64,000 bases of DNA, from the sequence record MZ443769.1; one strand, written 5' to 3'. Position numbers and translations under genes: made by a program. Below, in pieces: positions 35,579-44,094 of the stretch. The notes beneath the pieces are model-generated. The model saw nothing but the letters and a program-made list of their open reading frames with translations, ran no database searches and had not been told where the DNA came from. Position 1 is the stretch's first letter. The number at the start of each line of letters is the position of its first letter.

Positions 35579-36429
35579 TAACCACCTCGTCCGCCTCTAC
35601 CTCTACCAGCAGCCTTAGCCAATGCTCGCGCTTCTTCTGCGCGTTGCTTGTCTTGAACGTATGCGCTGTGCCAGTAAAGCAGTTTGTTTATCGTGATATC
35701 ATCAGGCACGTAGATGTTTTTCGCAGACGCAAGGTCGAGCGTCATGTTCATCATAGACGTGTCGGAGTAAACACGGAAGAAGCCAAGAATATTAATCGCA
35801 TTCTTGTACTTGTATGTACGGAAGCAACGGTTGCACTTGTGCGTTGTCTCAAGCTCACAACTGATATACACGTACTGTCCTGCATTGATTAGTTCGCTAG
35901 GATTCACGTAGTCAATCGTTCGGTCGAGACTCAGATCGCTATCAATGTACATCGCGTTGGTCACTATCGTTCTGTCCATTGTTTCAGACAGCAACTCAGC
36001 TTCAATCCAACGACCAACTGTTGGGTGTCGAAGTCCTTCTGGCAGGTCACGCCATTTGTGCTCTATCACTTTATGACGCATAACGTCTTCGGTGTTAAGC
36101 AACTTACAAGGAACTTCAACGTACTTACGACCATGCGGCCTTTCGTAATGAGTCATACCTTGCATGTCTACAAAGTAGTTCATCGAGCAGCGCCACTCAA
36201 ACATACGGTGCGACTGCGGCCAGCTATTTTTGTCGAACATAGCAATCATATAACGGAAGTCTTCCAGATACATCTCACGGAGATTAACGTTAGTGAAGCG
36301 CTGCAACGTATCGACAAAGAGGTCGGGCAGTTTATACTTCTGTGCGTTGTACAAGCTGGACATTGCATCTGCCGTGACTTGATGAATACGCACATCTGAC
36401 CGACCGGAAGGTAGGTATATCTCTAACAT
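35578..36429 (-). CDS. Baseplate hub assembly chaperone (gp26/gp51-like)
   Basis: MLEIYLPSG start, C-terminal CNRC knuckle, adjacent to the tape-measure gene. Confidence 0.55.
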   Translation of the reverse strand: MLEIYLPSGRSDVRIHQVTADAMSSLYNAQKYKLPDLFVDTLQRFTNVNLREMYLEDFRYMIAMFDKNSWPQSHRMFEWRCSMNYFVDMQGMTHYERPHGRKYVEVPCKLLNTEDVMRHKVIEHKWRDLPEGLRHPTVGRWIEAELLSETMDRTIVTNAMYIDSDLSLDRTIDYVNPSELINAGQYVYISCELETTHKCNRCFRTYKYKNAINILGFFRVYSDTSMMNMTLDLASAKNIYVPDDITINKLLYWHSAYVQDKQRAEEARALAKAAGRGRGGRGG

Positions 36430-37112
36430 TAGCTAATGAAGATCGCAGGAGTCATTTCCCACTGACGATCAGAAGCACGTTGACAGCTCGGACAGGTCAA
36501 TTCGATCTCAGTGCGTACACCGTGAACAGAAGCACGAACCCACTCAGACAACTCAGTCCATAGAGTCAAGTCGGTTTGTTCTTCAAGACGTGCTACGTTC
36601 CGGTCGAAGTTCGGTCCCATGTGAGCGGCGTGCCAGTTGAACATATCGACAACCGCTTTATCATAGTGACGCATACGCGCAAGGTCGAACGTGTCATGCT
36701 CTGCAACGAGACGAGAAATAGTCATGGAAGATTCATCAATCACACCGACGTTGTTCGCAGCACACGGGAAGGTATTGATAGCACCACCTTCAGGTCGAAT
36801 GTGCTTTGAAAGTCCATCGGAGTATTCAAACAGTGGTTTACTGCAACGCCAGTAAGTGCGAAGCGGTGCAACGGAATTCATGAACATACGCTGTTGAAAT
36901 ACGAGAGCGTGTGCATCCTGAATAGTAAACTCTTCAAGCGGTACGCTAAGACAAGGCGAGAGGGCATCAATAAGGATGTGACGCAACTCTTTTGTCTCAA
37001 CTGCTTTAGAAATGAAACGCATCTCAGAACCGCCGAACATGCGCATCTCAAAAACAGCAGGTATTTGTGACTTGTACCCACCAGAAGGTAAACTAGCTGT
37101 TTGAATTTCCAT
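36429..37112 (-). CDS. Baseplate hub assembly chaperone (gp26-like), paralogue of the adjacent gene
   Basis: LPSGG start, YWRC and LTCPSC motifs shared with 35578-36429. Confidence 0.6.
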   Translation of the reverse strand: MEIQTASLPSGGYKSQIPAVFEMRMFGGSEMRFISKAVETKELRHILIDALSPCLSVPLEEFTIQDAHALVFQQRMFMNSVAPLRTYWRCSKPLFEYSDGLSKHIRPEGGAINTFPCAANNVGVIDESSMTISRLVAEHDTFDLARMRHYDKAVVDMFNWHAAHMGPNFDRNVARLEEQTDLTLWTELSEWVRASVHGVRTEIELTCPSCQRASDRQWEMTPAIFIS

Positions 37113-37121
37113 AACGTATTC

Positions 37122-37634
37122 TCATATAACAGGACGTGAAACATCAATAGCCATTTGCATAGACCAAACAGCACGACCACCAGTACCATTAAGCTGTAAG
37201 CCCTGCCCGCCAATAGGCCAGCAGTTACGAAGCTCTTGATAACCAATCATCGTACCTTGTCCATCATACAGCTCGACGATAATGTTTTTCTTATACACAG
37301 AGGGCAAACGGAAACCGCCTGTATACGGGTTTTGAATTAAGCTCTGCCAAGCATTGAAGTATTTCATGGCAGCCAGCTTCTGGTCCAAGCCGAACATCAA
37401 ACTGAATCCATCGACGCTTGAACTCTGAGGTGTATGAATAGCGACTGACGCTACCTCTTTGGACTTCATCTGATAGACAGAGAATGGCAGTTCGACTTCT
37501 TCACACGCGAATGGGCTTAACGAGAATCCCCCGATAGCAGGGAATGAACGTACACGCCACTTATCTTGCATGAATGGATCATCAAGGCCGGGAGCAGAGC
37601 TATCTTGCAAGTCAGCAAGCGTCGGCAGTGGCAT
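37122..37634 (-). CDS. Tail tube-like protein (gp19/gp54 family paralogue)
   Basis: DPFMQDKW, YKKNIIVELYD, LRNCWP resemble the adjacent tube protein. Confidence 0.72.
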   Translation of the reverse strand: MPLPTLADLQDSSAPGLDDPFMQDKWRVRSFPAIGGFSLSPFACEEVELPFSVYQMKSKEVASVAIHTPQSSSVDGFSLMFGLDQKLAAMKYFNAWQSLIQNPYTGGFRLPSVYKKNIIVELYDGQGTMIGYQELRNCWPIGGQGLQLNGTGGRAVWSMQMAIDVSRPVI

Positions 37635-37638
37635 GGGT

Positions 37639-38310
37639 TTAACCCTCTACGACAATGAGCACAGGACGAACAGCTTCATCCAGCTTGAGGAACGTTGCGC
37701 CTACGAGATAACCACCCTTCTCTACTTGCTTAACGACTGCTTTCTCAAGGTCTGTTTCCCACTTGTCACGCTGATTTGATTTGTAGGGTTCAAACGTTTC
37801 GGAAGCATCGTAGTAGTTATACGTTTCACCAGTAGGGAATGGGATACGCGCTAAGAATTGCAGACGATTGCAGTTCTTCATCGGTGTCTTGCGCAGTTCT
37901 TTCGTCAGCTTAACGTCTTCAGGCTTAGAGCCGGGCACAGCTTTGAATGGCAACTTCGGTTGTGCTTCTTTCGGAGCAGCAGGCAGTTTCTCACGCGCTG
38001 GCGTATTCTTATCAGTAGCTTTCTTAACACGAATGCCACTAACAGTTCCAGTGAATGGACGACTGCGACCTAACAGAGAACGAGCACCAGCAGCATCAAC
38101 TTGAAACACGACAGAGGGATCATCACGGTGCAGAACATAGAACACATTACGTTTTGCAGCTTTGATTCCGAACACATCTTTGTCGTCGATATCCGCTTCA
38201 TAGTCTTTGTTCTCGAGGGCGACTTTGCGTTTACCTTCGAAGCGATACCAATCGCAGTCGAGAATTGCTACTTGCGGCTTGCGGGCACTTTCGCTAAGAA
38301 AAATAAGCAT
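37639..38310 (-). CDS. Hypothetical head-associated protein carrying the phage paralogue domain
   Basis: Start moved to the ATG at 38310 (GGAG RBS, downstream of a terminator): MLIFLSESAR...WYRFEGKRK...DKDVFGI...DDPSVVFQVD. Confidence 0.72.
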   Translation of the reverse strand: MLIFLSESARKPQVAILDCDWYRFEGKRKVALENKDYEADIDDKDVFGIKAAKRNVFYVLHRDDPSVVFQVDAAGARSLLGRSRPFTGTVSGIRVKKATDKNTPAREKLPAAPKEAQPKLPFKAVPGSKPEDVKLTKELRKTPMKNCNRLQFLARIPFPTGETYNYYDASETFEPYKSNQRDKWETDLEKAVVKQVEKGGYLVGATFLKLDEAVRPVLIVVEG

Positions 38311-38325
38311 AGTGTCTCCAGAAAC

Positions 38326-38352
38326 GAAAAAGGGCCAAAACATCTGGCCCTT
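38326..38352 (-). terminator. Intrinsic terminator after the tail tube gene
   Basis: AAGGGCCA-GAUGUUU-UGGCCCUU-UUU. Confidence 0.72.
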
Positions 38353-38356
38353 GTGC

Positions 38357-38866
38357 TTATGCTTCTTCGGCGTAGTCGAAGGACCATTCGATTGATACCG
38401 GAACAGCCTGAGCAGCACCAGAGAACTGCAAGTCTGGAACTACTTTCGGCCACACACCGAAGATGTTGTACTCTTTAACAACAGAGCCATCCATATCGAA
38501 GATACGGAAGATTGCTTTGACAGCGTACTCTGCTTTCTTCGCACCGAGCTGGGTCTGCGTAGCACGTACAAGAGTATGCCACGCTTCCAGAGCGGAATAG
38601 ACTTCCATCTCGGAGTTTTCGTTGTATTCAGTTGAGAGAGCATGAGAGAAGATCTTACGACCAGCATAGTTGAGCTGATGGCCGAACGCTTCTTTCAATA
38701 CTTCTTCCAGTGTAGAACCTGGCTTAACACCAGTCTTACACATCAGGCGAAGAGTACGCGCATACTCAGTACCACCAACTGGCGGGTTAGGAATCAGGAA
38801 CTCGAAGTTGTCATCGAGTAACGGATCCTTCGTAGACGAGAACTCGTCAAGAGTTACCTTAGGCAT
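38357..38866 (-). CDS. Tail tube protein (gp19-like)
   Basis: Directly follows the sheath. DPLLDDNFEF, YAGRKIFS, YNIFGVWP, SIEWSFDY. Confidence 0.88.
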   Translation of the reverse strand: MPKVTLDEFSSTKDPLLDDNFEFLIPNPPVGGTEYARTLRLMCKTGVKPGSTLEEVLKEAFGHQLNYAGRKIFSHALSTEYNENSEMEVYSALEAWHTLVRATQTQLGAKKAEYAVKAIFRIFDMDGSVVKEYNIFGVWPKVVPDLQFSGAAQAVPVSIEWSFDYAEEA

Positions 38867-38876
38867 CTAAAGCTCC

Positions 38877-40562
38877 TTAGAGTGAACCGGATTGGATAAG
38901 TTGCAGCGCGTACTGAATATCACCAACAGGTGGTACGATAGCAGTTACGTGAATGCGTTTGGTGTAGCGAGTCGGGTCAAGGAAGATATCAATGATCAGA
39001 TCGCCGCGAGCTTCGTCTTCTGCCGTGTTGTTGGTATAGTCACAAGTGACAGCATACCAGCGCAGACCACGACCGAGTTTGATTGGCTCAAGAATTGCTT
39101 CCATCGCATCTTTCTGACGTTGCTTCAACAGGTCATCGTTCGGTTCGAATACAGCGCTAAGGTTGTTAGCACGAACAGAAGCATGAAGCATTGCGAGCAG
39201 ACGACGAATGCCGATATCTTGCAGTGGGCTTTTCGTAGTGTAAGTGGTATCAGCACCCCACACGAAGATACCTTCACCGTCAAAGACAGCAATCGGGTTA
39301 ATCTGGTTATCGACCAGAATGTCACGATCGCCCACTTTAAAGCGATAACGCACATCAGTAGCGAAGTCCAGCTTACCGCGATTCAGACCACCAGGTGCTA
39401 ACCATGATGCTACTTGGTCAGCAGTCAACATGCAGTACGCCATACACACAGACGCAGGCACGTAGTAGTCACGGGCGTTGTCGTTGTCACGCGCTTTAAC
39501 ATCACTGTTAGTCAACGCAGACCACGAACCGGTACCAGAGAACTCTGCTTCTTTGTACGGCTTGTTGCCACGACGATAAGCAACAGCAGCATCACGTTCC
39601 TGATAAACAGTAGGGATACCGTTCGTTGCGATACAGTCCATGCGCGATTCAGCGAGTGAGTCAATCTTGTTAGCAATAACAGGATGCTCAAGGCCGCCGG
39701 AGCACAGGATGCCCGCTTGAATGTCTTCCCAATCGCGATAGTTATCCCAACCAGAAAGCACAGCAGCAAGGCTTGTATTCGCAATGGTAGCGTCTGAGTG
39801 ATCGATATCAATCACAGAGCCGTCTGAACCACCAGTGAACTGACCGTTAGGTGCAGTCGGATTCGTTGGGTCAGCAGGCCCGCCGCCTACAGAGTTGATC
39901 ACAACAAAGTCTGGGTCTTCCAGAAGCTTGTAGTGATTTTCGTTGAGCTTGAAGCGGACGTACTTCGAGTTAACGTTGATCACGTCTTCAATGAAGAACT
40001 GATTGCCTGCTTCGTCTTTGTAGTAACGAGTAGTCACCACATGAGTTTCCAACGCAGTCAGGAAACCTGTTTGATACACTTTGATGATGGACTTAATGCC
40101 CATTGCATCAGTCACGTCAGGTTCGAACGTGATGTACAGGTCGTTTGCCTTAGCGTACTGAGACAGAGCGTAGAGCAGACCAATATCGCGATCAGTGAAA
40201 GCAATTTGTTCTGGGTCTTCGAGTCCGCCGTCACCAAGCGGTCGGCATGTAGCAAAGTTATTATACGTTGTTAAGTACACACCTGCATACTTCACAGCGA
40301 TAGCGACACGAGTAATGTTCAGCTTTGTTGCTTTGGTCATCAGAATCTTGGCGATCTGAACGTTGTTAGCGTAAGGACCTGTTGCTGGACCGAACAGTGT
40401 GTCGATTTCAGTTGTTGAAGTAACAGTGGTATTCTCACCAACGACGCCACGAGGGAATGGCAGAACCAAAGTACACATGCCGAACTGGACAAGTGCTGCT
40501 TGATTCGAGCGGTCATTCTCCTGTGAGTATACCCCAGGAGAGGGGTGATTAGGTTGTAACAT
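38877..40562 (-). CDS. Tail sheath protein
   Basis: PSPGVYSQEND, FTGGSDG, SWLAPGGLNRG, NQINPI, WGADT, IRRLL, VFEPND. Confidence 0.95.
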   Translation of the reverse strand: MLQPNHPSPGVYSQENDRSNQAALVQFGMCTLVLPFPRGVVGENTTVTSTTEIDTLFGPATGPYANNVQIAKILMTKATKLNITRVAIAVKYAGVYLTTYNNFATCRPLGDGGLEDPEQIAFTDRDIGLLYALSQYAKANDLYITFEPDVTDAMGIKSIIKVYQTGFLTALETHVVTTRYYKDEAGNQFFIEDVINVNSKYVRFKLNENHYKLLEDPDFVVINSVGGGPADPTNPTAPNGQFTGGSDGSVIDIDHSDATIANTSLAAVLSGWDNYRDWEDIQAGILCSGGLEHPVIANKIDSLAESRMDCIATNGIPTVYQERDAAVAYRRGNKPYKEAEFSGTGSWSALTNSDVKARDNDNARDYYVPASVCMAYCMLTADQVASWLAPGGLNRGKLDFATDVRYRFKVGDRDILVDNQINPIAVFDGEGIFVWGADTTYTTKSPLQDIGIRRLLAMLHASVRANNLSAVFEPNDDLLKQRQKDAMEAILEPIKLGRGLRWYAVTCDYTNNTAEDEARGDLIIDIFLDPTRYTKRIHVTAIVPPVGDIQYALQLIQSGSL

Positions 40563-40604
40563 CGTGAATCTCCATGAGAATGGGCATCGTGAAACGACTG
40601 TATC

Positions 40605-40611
40605 AAATTAG
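40605..40611 (-). promoter_or_regulatory. CTAATTT motif (putative late promoter)
   Basis: GCTAATTTGA intergenic, about 45 nt upstream of the sheath ATG. Confidence 0.5.
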
Positions 40612-40618
40612 CGTTTTG

Positions 40619-40963
40619 TTAATAGCAAATCACATTAACACGCTGTTCGACGTCACTTACTAATACGGATTGCGCCATCTTACCAGTCAGGGTGAACTGA
40701 CCTTCAATGATCAACTGACCACCAGCGTATTGCAGAATGATTGGTTCAGCAGTGTCGATGTACAGAAGACCTACAATCTCAGGCAGAGCATATCCTTTTG
40801 GACCTACGATAACACTCTGCATTGAGTATGCGCCATCGAGAGGAATGCCAACAGGATGTGACTGGCGCTTGAGCACTTCGTTTTGATTCGAACTAACAGA
40901 ACGCACACGGCTGTCAATGACAAGTGTACGGTCTAGCTTACGATACTTCTCGCGTGTGTACAT
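40619..40963 (-). CDS. Hypothetical virion protein, 114 aa
   Basis: TAATG overlap with the upstream gene, in the head-tail cluster. Confidence 0.65.
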   Translation of the reverse strand: MYTREKYRKLDRTLVIDSRVRSVSSNQNEVLKRQSHPVGIPLDGAYSMQSVIVGPKGYALPEIVGLLYIDTAEPIILQYAGGQLIIEGQFTLTGKMAQSVLVSDVEQRVNVICY

Positions 40964-41637
40964 TACGCATCCCCTTCAGGTTCTTTAGCTGTGTCAACGT
41001 CCATATCAATCTCAAAGGACTCGGTGACTTCGCCGTAGTTGTTAATCTTAGCTTGTTCAAGGTTGAAACCAATCTTACTTTTGATAAGAATAGGAATCTC
41101 AAGCTCGAAGCTTCCTGGAGTTGAGCCATCATCAAGGTCTTCGATGGTAGGCATAGGGATACTATCACCTTCAACAGAAACACGCACAGTCCATTTAGCT
41201 GTAGGCATTTCAATAGAGAAGCTGAGTAAGTCAGATATGGATGCAACCAGCAATTGCTGTACGAACAGCAGCGCCTGATCAACATTCATAAACTTGACGA
41301 ATAACGTCCCACTCATATTGACAGGGAAGTAATAGTTGGTGACTACGATAGCATTCGTATCACTACCGCCAACAGCCCAACCTGAGCCATGACGTGCAAC
41401 TGTCTTCGGATTAGATAACGTCTCACGGTCAAACGCTATCGTAGGCAATTTGAACCAGCCGTACGGATAATCAGTGCTATAGTTGTTCGTAGCACGAATA
41501 CCCTGCTTTGGGTTGTTATGCACAGACCAGACGAATCGCTTTAGCCCGAAGCCTTGTCGAAACTGGCGCTGAAACCCAAAGATGGTAGCACGTAACGATG
41601 TGCTGTTGCGTAGCATACCTGTAAGATTTGCACTCAT
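40963..41637 (-). CDS. Putative neck or tail terminator protein
   Basis: Between capsid and sheath genes, beta-rich with an acidic end. Function by position only. Confidence 0.45.
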   Translation of the reverse strand: MSANLTGMLRNSTSLRATIFGFQRQFRQGFGLKRFVWSVHNNPKQGIRATNNYSTDYPYGWFKLPTIAFDRETLSNPKTVARHGSGWAVGGSDTNAIVVTNYYFPVNMSGTLFVKFMNVDQALLFVQQLLVASISDLLSFSIEMPTAKWTVRVSVEGDSIPMPTIEDLDDGSTPGSFELEIPILIKSKIGFNLEQAKINNYGEVTESFEIDMDVDTAKEPEGDA

Positions 41638-41655
41638 TTGCGGCGCTCCAGATAC

Positions 41656-41683
41656 AAAAAAGGGCAGCCGAAGCCACCCTTTT
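41656..41683 (-). terminator. Intrinsic terminator ending the capsid operon
   Basis: GGGUGGC-UUCG-GCUGCCC-UUUUUU. Confidence 0.82.
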
Positions 41684-41703
41684 GGTTACCCGAAATCGGG
41701 TGC

Positions 41704-42117
41704 TTAGTCGAGACGTATGCGAATTAACGTGGAAGACTCTGAATCAATGAACTCGTCATTTTCATCATCGGCCTCTTCGTCATCTTCACCAAAGTCGAAG
41801 TCATCATCAGATGCTTCTTCATCAGTGTTAATGTCGTCCACTTCGTCGTCGCCGTACATTGACTCGGAACGTTCTTCCTCGGCGTCAAGTTCTAAGGCAG
41901 AAGAGAGAGCCGTAACAGCAGTTGTCATTCCGCTCGCGCTACTGAAAGAATCAACTAAGCACTGTGCTTCGTAGTTCTCGGTCAGTTGGCACTCAAGGAA
42001 TTGATCTGAATCTGGCGCACAAGCAGCTTGCGCAGCAAGTCGAGCAGCGTCAGCCCAGTTACCATCACGAATCGCAATTAATGCCAATGCAGCTAAGGAA
42101 CCAGATAAGGTCTTCAT
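41704..42117 (-). CDS. Small acidic head-associated protein
   Basis: 137 aa right after the major capsid gene. D/E-rich with RSES and DSES motifs. Confidence 0.7.
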   Translation of the reverse strand: MKTLSGSLAALALIAIRDGNWADAARLAAQAACAPDSDQFLECQLTENYEAQCLVDSFSSASGMTTAVTALSSALELDAEEERSESMYGDDEVDDINTDEEASDDDFDFGEDDEEADDENDEFIDSESSTLIRIRLD

Positions 42118-42130
42118 GTATGGTCCTCAG

Positions 42131-42137
42131 AAATTAG
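42131..42137 (-). promoter_or_regulatory. CTAATTT motif (putative late promoter)
   Basis: CCTAATTTCT intergenic, just upstream of GAGGA and the ATG at 42117. Confidence 0.4.
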
Positions 42138-42172
42138 GGCAACGTTATGCTGCCCTTTGCATTAGAACTCGC

Positions 42173-43273
42173 TTAGCCACGAACCGCTTTAGCCACGGAA
42201 CGAACGTTAGCCAGGGTGAAGCTGAAGGTGCTAGACAGCAACCAGCCGCGGTCAGTGTTACCCTGGTTAGCGCCAGACGTTGGAGTAGACTGGGTGCCGC
42301 CACGAGTGGTGTACATCGCGTGGTAGTCCTGGTCAGCAATAACGTACAGCTCGCCCTGTTTCAGAACGATATGCTCTGGTGCGCGCATACCATCGGTCAG
42401 CAGTTCCATACCCAGCAGGGTACCCAGGCGGCCGGTGATCAGCAAGTCATACTTAGACACTGGGTCCAGAGCAGAACTGAACTGGTCGTTACCGACGATA
42501 TCGTTCCAGTAGTCATACGCCATCACAGCGGTTGATACCGGCAGCGGCCAGGAGGCAACAGAATTTTTCAGAGTAGACAGCAGACGCGGAGTCAGGTCAC
42601 CGTGAACATAAGTTACCGGGTTCTGAATACCAACAGCTTGGTCACACGCACGTTTCCACAGACGGTCTTCTGCAACCATGATGGAAGTCAGACCATCCTG
42701 TTGAGCGCGGTCCAGCAGATCGCCGTTGATCTGGTCCAGGTCCATTTTGCTGACGCGAATGTTGGATTTCAGTTCAAACTCAGCAGGCGTGTAAACACGA
42801 CCGCGGAATTGGTAGTAACCCATGTCAGTAGGACCAGTAGCGATGATTGCTTCTGATTGGTGAGTTTTCAGTTCGATACGAGCAACGTCGCCTTGACGAA
42901 CAGTTGCGCCTTTACAAACTTTACGCAGAAGACCAGCACGTTCAGCACGGTCTTCGATGGAGCCAACGATTGAAGCACCCAGTGAAGCCCACTTAGCGCC
43001 AGACTGATCTGCAACAGCTTCTGCCAGCAGTTCAGTTTTCTCTTCGTTGGTCAAGCCGTTAGAAGCAGCAGACTGGCTATGAACCAGTTCACCGTTCTGG
43101 AAAGCCTGCATCATGCGAGTGATGTTAGACACCAGGTCTTTCTGCGAGTAAGCATTCAGCTCACCGGTAGACTCAGACAGTGCGAGTTCGCCTTTGCCGC
43201 CGAAACGCAGTTGTTCAATCGGGTCGCCGTTACGCAGAGTTACTTTCGCGCCGCGCATTAAGGAATTTGACAT
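42173..43273 (-). CDS. Major capsid protein (HK97 fold, RSL1/Y3-type)
   Basis: 366 aa, CAGGAG RBS, strongly biased codons. Order is scaffold, decoration, this gene. Motifs PAEFELKSNIRVS, AEDRLW, GRLGTLLGMELLTD. Confidence 0.85.
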   Translation of the reverse strand: MSNSLMRGAKVTLRNGDPIEQLRFGGKGELALSESTGELNAYSQKDLVSNITRMMQAFQNGELVHSQSAASNGLTNEEKTELLAEAVADQSGAKWASLGASIVGSIEDRAERAGLLRKVCKGATVRQGDVARIELKTHQSEAIIATGPTDMGYYQFRGRVYTPAEFELKSNIRVSKMDLDQINGDLLDRAQQDGLTSIMVAEDRLWKRACDQAVGIQNPVTYVHGDLTPRLLSTLKNSVASWPLPVSTAVMAYDYWNDIVGNDQFSSALDPVSKYDLLITGRLGTLLGMELLTDGMRAPEHIVLKQGELYVIADQDYHAMYTTRGGTQSTPTSGANQGNTDRGWLLSSTFSFTLANVRSVAKAVRG

Positions 43274-43333
43274 TGTTTGCTCCTGAGAATTTTATCTCGT
43301 AGTTTCAGTTCAATCAGTCACGGTGCGCGACGA

Positions 43334-44041
43334 TTAAGCGCCGTAAGAAGAGGTGGTTTCGACGATCAGGTAACCGCGATCAGAGGTTGGTGCCTGCTTG
43401 ATGATCAAGCCTTTCAGCTCAGTACCAGCGCCACCGATGGTCAGTTTACCGTTCGGGCCCAGTGAAGGGTGCAGAACGTTATCAGCAGACCAGTCAGCAT
43501 TGGCATCAAACATAGAGGTAGCAACGTTACCCAGTTTGATGTAACCAACGCGGCCTTCGATGTTGGATGGCAGACCACCGATTGGTGCGTCAGCAGTGTA
43601 AGAACGCGCTTCGGTCACAGTCAGCTCGTAAGCATACTGGATGAAGACTTTCTTACCGATGTCAGATGCGTGGAAATACAGATCAGCACCCTGAACACCG
43701 ACTTTGCCAGCAGCAGTAGGAGCAGCGTTAGCTTCCTGTTCTGCTTTGACGCCGTCAACTTTAACCAGCAACTGGCCGGCTTCTGGCAGACGAGACGCGG
43801 TGAATTTTTTGGTGGCATCAACAACGAATTCTTCGACGCGGTTCTGGAACGCTGGTGGCATGTTACGTGCCAGAGCAAAACCTGCGAATACTTCGTCAGC
43901 AGCACCGGTAGACAGACGCACGAAGGATTTACCACCTTCACGAGCCCAAACCAGAGCAACACCTTCTTCGTGGATTACTTCGCCCGGCAGCAGATCAGCT
44001 TCCTGGGTCTGTACGATAGCAGTAGCGTTTTGAAACAACAT
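43334..44041 (-). CDS. Putative capsid decoration or minor capsid protein
   Basis: 235 aa, beta-rich, highly biased codons, between scaffold and major capsid genes. Confidence 0.55.
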   Translation of the reverse strand: MLFQNATAIVQTQEADLLPGEVIHEEGVALVWAREGGKSFVRLSTGAADEVFAGFALARNMPPAFQNRVEEFVVDATKKFTASRLPEAGQLLVKVDGVKAEQEANAAPTAAGKVGVQGADLYFHASDIGKKVFIQYAYELTVTEARSYTADAPIGGLPSNIEGRVGYIKLGNVATSMFDANADWSADNVLHPSLGPNGKLTIGGAGTELKGLIIKQAPTSDRGYLIVETTSSYGA

Positions 44042-44094
44042 AATTAAATTCTCCGATAAGAGAGGATTAAAGTCAACTGATTGCTACGCGACGA

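Noticed and set aside
35578-37112. Programmed frameshift tail chaperone pair (lambda G/GT type) upstream of the tape-measure gene
   Set aside because: The two ORFs are separate paralogues, each with its own start and a TAATG junction. I saw no convincing slippery heptamer.
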